NCBI RefSeq assembly: GCF_000315625.1
Contig: NW_005434636.1
Location: forward strand, 1-64,000
Source: Guillardia theta CCMP2712
Lineage: Eukaryota; Protista; Cryptophyta
Reading direction: 5' to 3'
Length of the DNA stretch: 64,000 nt
Under the pieces are notes generated by a model, which saw only the letters and a list, made by a program, of their open reading frames with translations, was not told where the DNA came from and did no database searches. Every line of letters begins with the position of its first letter. Position 1 is the first letter of the stretch. This document shows, piece after piece, positions 34,600 to 45,974 of the stretch. Position numbers and translations under genes: made by a program.

Positions 34600-35400
34600 C
34601 TGCCTACTCCGTGTCCTAGTATGTTACTAAGTTATCGAACCCATCTCCTCCAGCACCGCAAGGCAACTGACGTTTGAAGTAGGCAAACTGACCGTCGGAA
34701 GGTCGGACGGAGGGGTGTCAGGGGCAGGTTGCAGGTCGGATGAACTCAGGCTCCTGTGCCTGTTGCTGTGGCCACTGAAACACCTTCTCAAGGAGACGGA
34801 GATTCGCGACGTCAAAGCACTTGCACTGGGCAGCTGTCAAGGCCGGGGAGATTCCACGTAAGAAGTATTGGAGGGTGGGAACGTGGGTCGTCTTCAAGAG
34901 CTGCTTGAGACCCAACGCAATGGGAAATTGTTCCAACTGGGTCAACTCAGCATTGAAGGCATTCACCTTGGCAGTGATAAACTCTTGCTGAAAGGACTGA
35001 GACCCTATCGGGATACCTCCAAGGATGATCCCCTGGCCTGGGAAGGCAAACTGTTGCAAGCCCTGGTACCGTACCTACTGCAAACTTGAAACATGCTCGT
35101 GGATGGCCAGTTGCTGCCTAGATTGAAGGCACCAGGACGAGGAGAATATCTGCGAATCTCTGGGTCGAATCTCCAATCCGAGCTCTTGTTTCAACGTATC
35201 AACCAGCGATGCAGTGGCTTGTGCGGCAACTGAGAGCTTTCCAACTACGGCCATGTTATCCGCATAGGCCGGGAAGACACAGTCGGGAAAGGTCTCTGCG
35301 ACTTTGACCAGGGAGAGGAAGGTGGTGTGCGCAAAGAGAGCCATCGAAAAGGGGTCCCCCTGAGAAACCCCCGTAGTGGCCGAAAACGCCAGAGTCTCTT
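34600..35400 (-). mobile_element. Truncated, frameshifted non-LTR retrotransposon reverse transcriptase (CRE/SLACS-like)
   Basis: TGVSQGDPFSMALF, AYADN, LGLEIRPRDS, GIILGGIPIGSQSF, LQYFLRGISP..FD, QLPCGAGGDG; frame break near 35070; no endonuclease or element ends visible. Confidence 0.85.
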
Positions 35401-35864
35401 ACCGGCCTGGCCGTAACATTGATGAACCTACGGAAGGACTCCTTGTGAAATAGACTCAGAGATCTCAGAGACGGTTTACCCGGTACGCCCGGCTCGCCAC
35501 CGCCGGCCCGGCCACTGAGTACGCGACCCGGCCCCGGGGCCTGGAGTCAGGTCACAGTTAGCCTCGGCCCACGGTCACTGGAAAGTTCGGAGCGAGCGCG
35601 TCCCGGCATGGTCGATGAGGTTCTGGCGGGCTGAGCCTGAGCCTAGGCCGGTGTCAGGCATGGACGCCAGTCTGACAGGGGCCGGGGGGCTCGACGTCAA
35701 CATGTAGCATGATGATGGATTAGCTTGATTGTGATCGGTTTATTACTCGCTATCTCATCCAGCATCTCCTCGCCCCCTCTTCCTCTATGTCTCGTCATCG
35801 TCATGGTCCAGCCCAGCCCAGCCCTCGTCCTCTCTTCCCTTTCCCCGCCAGCAGCCTTCTCTTC

Positions 35865-36400
35865 CTATCCCCGATGAGATAACCCCTGGTACAGGCCTGC
35901 CTCGACGTGCGCCATGGCCTCCTCCAACAGCGACGGAGCCTCGTACCTGCTCTCCTGTACGAGCGGCCGGGTCTTATCCCCGCAGGCTCCCTCCTCCTGG
36001 CTCGCGTCCTCCAGGACTTCTGGCAGCTTGCTCGACGAGGCGCGTGCGACAGAGCGCAGCGAGCACAGCTCGGGGTCATCCAGCAGCCCCTCCTCCTCCA
36101 GAAGCGACAGCCTCTCCCTCTCCGAGTGCGGCCACCTGCACACGCCCACCTTCCTGCACACGGTCTTGAAGGCCGTCAGCGACAGTCCCTGCGCCCCCTC
36201 CCATCAGTGCTGGCTGAGTGAGAGGCGCAGCGCACGCGTCTTACCAGGTGTTGGGCAGCGTCGACCTGGCGGAGGTGGAGGAGAGTGAAGACTTGACGGG
36301 CAGAGACGACGAGGTGGGAGCATCGTCGATGAGGACCTTGGGAGGTCTTGCGGGGGAAGACGTGAGCGACGCGAGGCTGGAAGATGCCGGAGGCGGACAT
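35865..36400 (-). CDS. RWP-RK domain transcription factor, intact copy (2 exons, ~159 aa)
   Basis: Exon 36400-36245 (VFPRKT..VFTLLHLRQVDAAQHL), 56-nt GT-AG intron, exon 36188-35865 (GLSLTAFKTVCRKVGVCRWPHSER). Confidence 0.85.
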
Positions 36401-37297
36401 GGAGGTTGAGCAAATATCAGATGCAATCTGTTGGTGTAGAAGAAGGCGATGTAAAGAGAAGTCAAGAGGAGGATGATGTTGCTGAGGAAGTCAAGAGAAG
36501 GATGATGTTGCTGAGGAAGTTGATAAGAGGAGGATGATGTTGCTGATGAAGTGTTGGCTTGATCAAGTTCGTGCCGCTGTGCTACCGAACATGGCGGGGC
36601 GGGAGGGGACAAGTGAAGCACGTTATCTGTACCCCGTCCGATCGCATCTCGTCTCCCCGGATACCTAAGCAGGTCTCACTGCGCATCGTTTCGCATCTCT
36701 TCAAGTAGGGTCAAATGAGAAGGAGTCTTTTGGGAGGGGATGGCGGTCAGGCGGGGACAAATTGTTCGAAGCGACGTGAATGTGAGGTTCTAACGAACTT
36801 GCCCCTGTGATTCAATCTAACGAACTTGCCCCTGTGATTCAACCTCACATTCACGTCGCTTCGAACTTGCCCCTGTGATTCAATCTAACGAACTTGCCCC
36901 TGTGATTCAACCTCACATTCACGTCGCTTCGAACAATTTGTCCCCGCCTGACCGCCATCCCCTCCCAAAAGACTCCTTCTCATTTGACCCTACTTGAAGA
37001 GATGCGAAACGATGCGCAGTGAGACCTGCTTAGGTATCCGGGGAGACGAGATGCGATCGGACGGGGTACAGATAACGTGCTTCACTTGTCCCCTCCCGCC
37101 CCGCCATGTTCGGTAGCACAGCGGCACGAACTTGATCAAGCCAACACTTCATCAGCAACATCATCCTCCTCTTATCAACTTCCTCAGCAACATCATCCTT
37201 CTCTTGACTTCCTCAGCAACATCATCCTCCTCTTGACTTCTCTTTACATCGCCTTCTTCTACACCAACAGATTGCATCTGATATTTGCTCAACCTCC

Positions 37298-37896
37298 ATG
37301 TCCGCCTCCGGCATCTTCCAGCCTCGCGTCGCTCACGTCTTCCCCCGCAAGACCTCCCAAGGTCCTCATCGACGATGCTCCCACCTCGTCGTCTCTGCCC
37401 GTCAAGTCTTCACTCTCCTCCACCTCCGCCAGGTCGACGCTGCCCAACACCTGGTAAGACGCGTGCGCTGCGCCTCTCACTCAGCCAGCACTGATGGGAG
37501 GGGGCGCAGGGACTGTCGCTGACGGCCTTCAAGACCGTGTGCAGGAAGGTGGGCGTGTGCAGGTGGCCGCACTCGGAGAGGGAGAGGCTGTCGCTTCTGG
37601 AGGAGGAGGGGCTGCTGGATGACCCCGAGCTGTGCTCGCTGCGCTCTGTCGCACGCGCCTCGTCGAGCAAGCTGCCAGAAGTCCTGGAGGACGCGAGCCA
37701 GGAGGAGGAGCCTGCGGGGATAAGACCCGGCCGCTCGTACAGGAGAGCAGGTACGAGGCTCCGTCGCTGTTGGAGGAGGCCATGGCGCACGTCGAGGCAG
37801 GCCTGTACCAGGGGTTATCTCATCGGGGATAGGAAGAGAAGGCTGCTGGCGGGGAAAGGGAAGAGAGGACGAGGGCTGGGCTGGGCTGGACCATGA
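37298..37896 (+). CDS. RWP-RK transcription factor, mirror copy with a 1-bp deletion that changes the C-terminus
   Basis: Exon 37298-37453, intron 37454-37509, exon from 37510; GAGGAGGAGCC versus GAGGAGGGAGCC near 37708 shifts the frame after the RWP-RK domain. Confidence 0.8.
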
Positions 37897-38299
37897 CGAT
37901 GACGAGACATAGAGGAAGAGGGGGCGAGGAGATGCTGGATGAGATAGCGAGTAATAAACCGATCACAATCAAGCTAATCCATCATCATGCTACATCTTGA
38001 CGTCGAGCCCCCCGGCCCCTGTCAGCCTGGCGTCTACCGTACCCTCCAGTCTCCTGCTATGCCCTGATCTCTCCTCCCGTCCCTTCCTTTCTCTATCGTC
38101 GCCATCAGGAGAAGCCTTCTGTCTCCGTGCCCAGCACCTTGACGCCCGTCCATTTCTCTCGTCTGCTCGGATGTCAGCTGCGCGAGGGCAGGCATGGCAG
38201 GCGACCTGAAGGAGGGAGCAGAAGCCTCATGCTGCTGCACCACTCGACTAGGAACGCGATGCCGCGCCTCATGCTCAGGAGGAACTTGCTCGCGCTGAC

Positions 38300-39667
38300 G
38301 AACAGGAGACGTGCATCTGCTACTCGTCAAAGAAGAGAGGAGCAGAGGATCAGAGTAAGAGCGCAGGAGAGGAAGAGAAGGAAGTTGTGGAATTTGTGGC
38401 GCTTGCCTGTTGCGAGGAGAGGTATGGGCATCAGATGAGGTGAAGCCGAAGTTGAAGAAGTTGAATTCGCCGAAGATGTTCAGGTCTGCTCTTGAGGATG
38501 CAAACATGTCGCTGGCAGTTGTCTCAACAACTCGCTGAGCCTGCGGCTGCTCCTCGTGCTCTCCCTTCGAATACCGCTGCTGCTGCTCCTGAAACCTCTC
38601 CTGTCTCCTGACCTGCCCTCTCCCTTCAGCTTCCTCCTCCTCTCTCCTCCTCCTCCTCCAGCCCCTCCACTGCTGGCATACCGCGAGGAACTCAGCCATC
38701 AGCTGATTGCCTTCCTCCTTTCGCTTTCGAGCTTCCAACTCCAACCTGCTTGACAGTGACGAACGTAATGCTGAAGGGATAGCAATACTCTTTTCTTGTC
38801 ACTGTATCAGTCACGATCGCCCTGAGTGTCTCGTCATGACATGTCAAAAGCCAAACCTTTCTCGCTCTCTTCCTACTTCTGAATAACGACAAAGATACCG
38901 CATTCGTCGTCATCATCAACAACCATCATCAAGAAAACCAGCGATAAACCAGCTTGCCGGCTTGATCTTCTTGACATCATCACCAACACCAACACTAATC
39001 CGGGAAAGAGTATCAACAAAGAGGACTTCCACGACGACATGACAATCGATCCCTCGTTCCTTCCCCTCATTGCATGTTCCTACACCTCTCCTCCTCCCTT
39101 GCACTCCCGCTCCTCACCTCCCCCGATCAAGGTCTGCCTGCATCTGCGACTTCCTCTGCTGAATCACTCCCAAGTCTTCCAACAGCCTGCAGACTGTGAG
39201 CGGAGCAGCAAAGCGACATGTCAAACCTCCTCGTCCTCCTGTGCGTACGCCCAAAGACTCTCGTCTGCTCCTCCAACGCCTTCTTGTACCACTGCAGTTG
39301 CAGTATGAGGAGGAGGTCAGGGAGGCGAAAGCGAAAGAGGTCAAAGAAGAAAGTGGAGTACAGGAGGCAGAGGGGATGACGGGGAGGGGAGATGGGAGGG
39401 GAGAGGGTGAGCGGAAGCTAGGGAGGGAGGACGAAAGATGCGAGGAAGAGGAAGGAAAAATCAGAGATAGGATCTACCTGCTCTGCTGACTCAATATATT
39501 GACAAGGATCTGCCCGACTTAATTGTCCGTAGACCTTCACGAAAATGTCACAAGCTCGTCCTCCTTCCTCCCTCCCTCCTTCCCTCCCTTCCACCTTCCC
39601 TCCCTCCTTCCCTCCCTCCCGTTCCTTCTCCTCCCCTTTCTCCCTAACCACCACCACCACCACCACC

Positions 39668-39699
<32 letters not shown>

Positions 39700-41990
39700 C
39701 TCTTCTCGGCCCACCCTCTGCCCTCATCTTGGTGACCTTACCAGCGCTATGTTACAGTGCATTCTGATGGTTGTCTCCGCGTCCTCGCCGTCTCTTTGCA
39801 CGTACATCGCCAGCGCTTCGAAGTAGGGCTGAAGCAGCATCGGCATCTCAGGTACGACGCAACTGACACTGCCATGATCCCACCAAGACAAAGAGCGACA
39901 AGAGAAGGAAGAGAACAAATAAGTGAAGGGGCTGGGCAGGAGGAGGAGGAGAAGGAGGGGCAGGGGCAGGGGCAGGGGTAGGGGCAGGACCTCGAGGGCC
40001 TTGAGGTAGAGAGAAGATGGAGTGTCGTTGGGGTTGTTGGTATATTTCTCTTTCGGAGGATCTTCAAGGATGCAGGTACCCCGCGTGTAGTGAAGGTAAC
40101 TGTACAGCAGTGAGAAGGGAGGGAGGGAAACAGGAGAAAGTAGGAGGACGAAGGAAAGAGAGGGAGGAAAACGAGGAAGGAGGAGAGAGGAGGGAGGAGG
40201 AGGGATGGGAGAAGGGAAGAGGAGAGAGGAGGGAAGAAGAAACAGAGACAAAGAGGAAGAAAGGTAAAGAAAAGGAGATAGGAGATAATCGAAAAGGGAT
40301 GAAGAGAAGTAGGTAGAGATACCCCATGGCTTGCGATGCCTGAACAAACCGTTTAGCCAAAGGAAGGAAGAAGAAATGAGAACAAGACGAGGAGGAGAAA
40401 CGGGGAGGGAGAAGGATACAACCAGAGGACTTGGGAGGAACAGAGCAAGTGCATGGTAAAGATCAAGTAGTTCAAGGTGAGGGACGACGGGAGGAATAAG
40501 AAAAGGATGGGGGAGGGGAGTGATGCGACAAGGAACAGGAGGAGGGGGATGGGGGGTGGGGGTTGGGGGGGTTCGGAGGAGAGAGTAAAGCCACACCTCA
40601 GCCAACGTTGCATCTTTGAGCTTTGCTCGTATGTCAATCGCCATGCTCAGATTCTCCTCAGCATCATCAAAGGCCTGACGCCCCGACATGCTGCATGTTG
40701 TATGAGCATTGCCATCCAGCCCCTCTTGCTCCTCCTGCTCCTCCTGCTCCTCCTGCTCCTCCTGCTCCTCCTGCCCCTCCTGCCCCTCCTGCTCCTCCTG
40801 CTCCTCCTGCTCCTCCTGCTCCTCCTGCTCCTCCTACTCGCCTCACTCCCCTTTCTCCTGCCCCTTCGTCACTCTCCCTCCTTCTTGCCTCTTCACCCCA
40901 CTACTCTTTTCTCCTGTAAAATGAATCCCCTCCACACCGAACTCATTCCCAAATCACTCGCATACACCGCTCCCTCCGCCCCTCGTCATCGGCACCTTGG
41001 ATGGGTGGCTCCATCAAGCGCGTAATTGCACAGCGACTGCGCGCGCAAGACCAGGGAGGCAGCAAGACGTTCCTCGTCCTCTGCTGTCAGGCCTGAGGAG
41101 ATGTGAGATCCCACCAAGAGCAGGAGGAGCGAGAGAAGCTGATAAAAACGAACACAAACAAGACAACGGAGGGGGAGGGGGGGAAGGAGGGGAGCAAGAA
41201 AGTTCAGGGGGTGAGAGGACGGAAAGGAGGAGGGAAAAGGAGGAGGAAGGGGAGGAAAGAGGAGGAAAAGGAGGGAAAGGAAGGGAGGGGGAAAGAAGGG
41301 AGGGGGAAAGAGGAAGAAGAGGGAGGAAAGAAGGGAGGGGAAAATATCAAGAGGACGTAGTCTATACCATATTCTTGCCCCCCCTGCTGTCTCGCTTCAA
41401 TCGACATCCTCCTGCTGGAGCGTCAGCAGCAGCCGCAACCTCTACCGCCGGTCCCACAAGAACTCAGCAGACTGAAGAGACTGCAAATGCCGCTGCCCCG
41501 TCTCGTCCAGGTAGCTTCTGCGATCATACAGTGCCCCTGCACATGAAAACTTTCGTCACCTCCCTCCCCACTCTGCGTCTCTTTCCTTCTCTCCTCGAAT
41601 CTCCTCGTACTCTTCCTTGTACTCTTCCTTGTACTCTTCTTCGTACTTTTTCTCGTACTCTTCCTCGTCCTACCGAGTGCGTGCAGCAGTTCTGCATATC
41701 GGCGGGTTGTTCCTCTCTCACTCTTCTCCATCTTTGCCGCCGCCAGCATATCATCCTGCAAATTCCAATTATATCGACGAGCGAGGAGAGCAGAGCAGAG
41801 GAGAGGAGAGAGGAAATGAAGGAGATGACAAAATAAGGAGAGTGAACACAGGAGGTACATGCGGACAACAGACAAAATGCACAGGGAGAAGCAGTGAGAG
41901 AAGAGGCAACAAGTACCTCAGCCTTCTGAAAGAAACCTTCATCCGCCATCTTCTCCCATGCTCCTTCAAGGAAGTCAGACAGACAATGCA
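38300..41990 (-). CDS. TPR (kinesin-light-chain-like) repeat protein, many exons with low-complexity introns; limits uncertain
   Basis: Exon fragments AFDDAEENLSMAIDIRAKL, YLKALE, YFEALAMYVQRDGEDAETTIRMHCNIALV, YKKALEEQTRVFG, LHALG. Confidence 0.55.
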
Positions 41991-42673
41991 AGCTTGACTT
42001 TCACTCACCCGGATTCAAGTTGAGGAGAAACGATCTCCTGGTCTCTTCTAATTGTTTTTCTGCCCTCAACCTGTGATAGAAGAAATGAGAACAAACACTG
42101 CAGGGCCCAGTGCATGCAACAACCTAATCTGTTCAGCAGTCTCTTTCACTCTCGTCTGAAACAAATTGTCACTAACACCTCTCGATACGGTTCACCATCG
42201 TCAAAGAAAACATTTAGACGGAATCACTGACCGTTTCAACCTCACTCGCATCTTTCCATCAAACTTGCGTTAGCCTCTTTGCACTCTCAACAATCAGATT
42301 CACCTTCACATTCCCTGTTGCTGCCCTCGCCCTCAGACGATGCAGCAGCTTGTTCAATCCGATGCTCATCATTTGCATTTGAACTTGATCTCGCAGCATC
42401 ATGAGATGAATTTGTTTCATTGTGACAACTTCTTGTCTCTTCGGGCACAACAATGTTTCCTTCTGACCGGAAGGTCAGGAAACAAGAAGGGAAAAAACCA
42501 GCACAACCTTGTTCGCCACTTGTCTTTCTGTGTACCATGACAGGCTTGAGATAATTGTTGCACCATGCAGTTGCCTTCTCTGGGATCGATTTCAAACTTT
42601 TGCCGATCTGACCCTCACCGCCGAAATTCATGAGAGAAAGCTGCTGCTTGACAATCTTTCCAACCTTGAGAGC

Positions 42674-42768
42674 ACAATTAGTGTCATGGCAAGCAACACA
42701 ATCAGTGTCATAGCAAGCAACACAATCAGTGTCATAGCAAGCAACACAATCAGTGTCATAGCAAGCAA
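42674..42768. repeat. 24-bp tandem repeat ACAATCAGTGTCATAGCAAGCAAC x4
   Basis: Read directly; probably intronic. Confidence 0.85.
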
Positions 42769-44656
42769 GAAGTTTCACGCACATCTGACACTTCCATCGC
42801 GCTGTCGCTCTTTCCCGTCCTCACTCTTGGCGCTCCTCCCTTCCAAACCTGCGAGCGTATCAAGAGTATCGCCTAAGATACTTCAGGACAGAACCTTGTC
42901 GTGCTGATTGATCTCTTCCTCGTCAACACAGTTGGCGTCATCTTGTTGTCATGATGTCACTCGCACGAGCAGGTCAAGATGGCAGCGCTACCGGTGGACA
43001 TCAGCTTGGACCCAACATTCTTCGCTCCTCGGAGAAGAAGAATCTCCATGACGGAGAACACGTAACGAAGATCCAACTTGCTCTGAGAACAGTGATCAAA
43101 GCACACCAGACGGAAAGATGGAAGGAAAGTAACGAGTTATCGTCTGAGACGATGAAGAATGATGCATTTTTTTCTATTCCCTAGCTATCACCCGTGAATT
43201 TCATCGCACCTTCTGATATGATTCCTTCAAATCTTATGCTTCTCCTCTCGTTCTCGTAACGTCTCATCCTCCTCAGCCCTCACTGTTCTGCTGTGGCTAC
43301 ATCATGCCACTCGGATTTGGTCGCTTCTTCATCTGCCCTAAACACTTCCTTCCAATGGCATAAATATACAAACTAAGATTCCATGGCGATTGATGAGGGG
43401 TTGGAGATCATGGCGTATGGCAGCCGGGGAATAAATGAGTTACTCATCAGACCACGACAGGAGCAATAATGGAGGAGGAGAAGGCAGAATATGTAGCAGA
43501 GACGATGCTATCTACATGAAGTTGATGCTATCTACGTGAAGTTTGAACTCAAGAAAGAGAGGGATAGCGTCCTTCTTCCATCATAGACTGTCAACACTCA
43601 TTGACAAGGTATTCGCCTTGACTCTGGCATAGCAAATCATCTGAATTTCAACAGCATCAGCTATATTTCTTGCTCTCCTTTCACATCCCCTCCATGAATC
43701 ATCGCGAGGGACGCAGCTCCTGCTGCATCCTCTCTCCTGCCCCTCCCCAACCTGCCGCTACGAGCTTTCACTAAGGAGCATTTCCCATGTCATTGCCTGC
43801 TTGCCATGGACCCTACCCCATGTCTTCAAATCACCCACCAGGGAACACTCGCTCACAACATTTGATGTACCCCCTCTAGAAGAGATTACTTCTCTAAACA
43901 TACCAGTGCTTTGGTACCCACCCGTTAATTCCGAGCACTACCCCACCCTGAACATTCTTACCGAAATATCATTTGGGGGAACGTTACACCGGTTATAGAT
44001 AACGGCTGGAAATCGAATAACGTATCGTTACATTTATCGTTACACCTGCAGATGGCATGCTGCCGTTGAAGCGACGGGGGGATGGGGGAGGCAGGGGAGA
44101 AGGAGAAGAAGGGAAGCAGAGAGGAGCAGGGGAGAGCAGAGAGCAGAAAGCATCGTTGGACAGAGGGCAGCAGAGGGCAGCAGAGGGCAGAACACAGAGC
44201 AGTTGAGAGCAGTTTAGAGGATGGAAAGGAAGGGAAGGCGAAGAGCGGGCAGGAAGAGGTGGTGGTCAGAAGGGAGGATAGATGAAGGGTGGGGTGTAAC
44301 CACTAGAACAGCAGCATGGGTGCAGAGGCCCCCGCGGGTGCGATAGTGACATAATGGCGAAGGCTGGATGAAAGATCGCCATGGGAAACGAAAAGTGCTG
44401 TTTGTGTAATTGGACTTCATTCCCCTCTCTAGACCTTCATTTCTCAGTTTCAAGGAACCTGAGAGGTTGTACGTAGAGATTCAAATGTATCCTGCCTCAC
44501 ATCCTTGTCAATGGCCCTTCATGTGCTCTAAAAACCACATCTGCATTTCCAACCGAGTTGTACAGTACTGAACTCTGACATAGGGAGGACAAGAAAACCT
44601 CAGTCAAGATCATGTCGTGTGGCGGATAAAGTGCAGTCGACCTCTAGGACAGGAGG

Positions 44657-45760
44657 ATGCCTGAGATGTCGGGCAAGGAGAGCGGGAAAGAGGTGGTATG
44701 GAAGGATAGTGGTGTCCCGTCAATGAAGGTGCTTGTTTATTCTGTGGTGTCATGGTTTGATAGTATCGAAACAGATCTCGGGAGCGCAGATATGCAAGAC
44801 AAGAGACTCTCCTGACTTCGCCGTTGGACTGGGCGACAAGGTGAGGGCGCGGCGTTGCATGTCAGTGCGTGATGAGGGAAGCAGGTCTACAGCCAAGGGC
44901 AGCATGAGTTGGAGTTCGCGATCAATCGTTACAACGACGGTTATGTCTACGTTGGGGTCGCTGTTCCGGTGAGCTCGGCTCCAGCTGGGGCCCTTCTCGG
45001 CCTCCTGACGAGGATCGTAGACGATCCACTTGCAGCAGACATGGTGTAGAAGATGCGCAGTCGACCAGGTGAGGAGGAGGGACGAGGAGAGGAAGGAGGA
45101 GAAGGCTGAAGCTTGAGGCAGGTCTGGTATTACTTCGGGTGCGGGTTCACAAACGCGCTGAGGAACGGATGGGATGACGTAGTGAGCAAGGAGGTGAAGG
45201 AGCGCAGCTGATGCCAAGGTGGAACTGAGCATGACACGAGCAGGTTGGTGGGCCCGAGATGAAAGTTCCAAAGTTGCAAGTTGGTGATCGCGTGAAGGCG
45301 CTACTGGACATGGACACGGGACAGGTGCGCGATTCCCTGTTAGTTATGCAGATGTTGTTCAACCCCCTTCCAGCTGCGATTCTCGATCTTCAAGGTAGAT
45401 GAAGGATTGTGGAAGGATATCCCTGGAATGGTGAGATGGAGTTGTTGTGGAAGGAGGAAGTGAAAATGTTTGCAGCTGGAAGGGATCAAGACCCCAGTAG
45501 TTGCAGCATGCTGCATACAAGTAAGATTGCGCTTGATGCGAGGAGTTTCTGAGCTTGAGGACCAGGAACGAGGGGACTCAGTTACGCTAGTCGCTCCGTC
45601 TCGGGCAAAAGGTTGCGATGCTTCATCCACTCGATGATTTAGCTGACGTTGCAGCAGATGAGCAACAAACTAGAAAGAAGTCCGATCGGTTGTTCGCTCT
45701 GCACTGTCATCTCCGTCCCTTAACTCCATTTCAGATATGCTCACGTACAATCAAAAATAG
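44657..45760 (+). CDS. SPRY/B30.2-like domain protein (multi-exon)
   Basis: Spliced VYSQGQHELEFAINRYNDGYVYVGVA..VWYYFG..LQVGDRVKALLDMDTG..LRFS fits the SPRY pattern (G.h.wE...vGV; GD.vgvllDmd.g.l.F). Confidence 0.6.
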
Positions 45761-45974
45761 TTTCCGCGATCCGACAGATCACACAGAACAATTCAGACAA
45801 TGCAAGATAGGATGTAACGATGCTCCATGAACTGACGATTGCATAGCAGAATGCTGAAGACAACTTAGCACAGCGAACTCGCCCAAGACGAGCTGCGGGC
45901 TGGACCCAGAGGGCGAGTGAGAAACAGAGGCGGTACGAGAGTGAGTGTTGGAGTACAGGCATTGCGGTCGGTGG

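Larger units (their letters stand above)
35663..38034. repeat. 2.37-kb near-perfect inverted duplication: arms 35663-36789 and 36909-38034, 119-bp spacer
   Basis: Mirror ORF pairs sum to 73698/73697; only two substitutions near the outer end and one 1-bp indel noticed. Confidence 0.96.

Noticed and set aside
30375-35400. Diversity-generating retroelement (RT next to a variable gene)
   Set aside because: The RT is a broken non-LTR type, no template/variable repeat pair is visible, and cassette differences are not adenine-specific
35663-38034. Foldback or TIR DNA transposon
   Set aside because: No transposase and no target-site duplication; the arms consist of a host-type intron-containing gene
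44750-45271. 173-aa minus-strand ORF
   Set aside because: The plus strand gives a spliced SPRY-like protein with consistent GT-AG sites, so the minus ORF is probably a shadow
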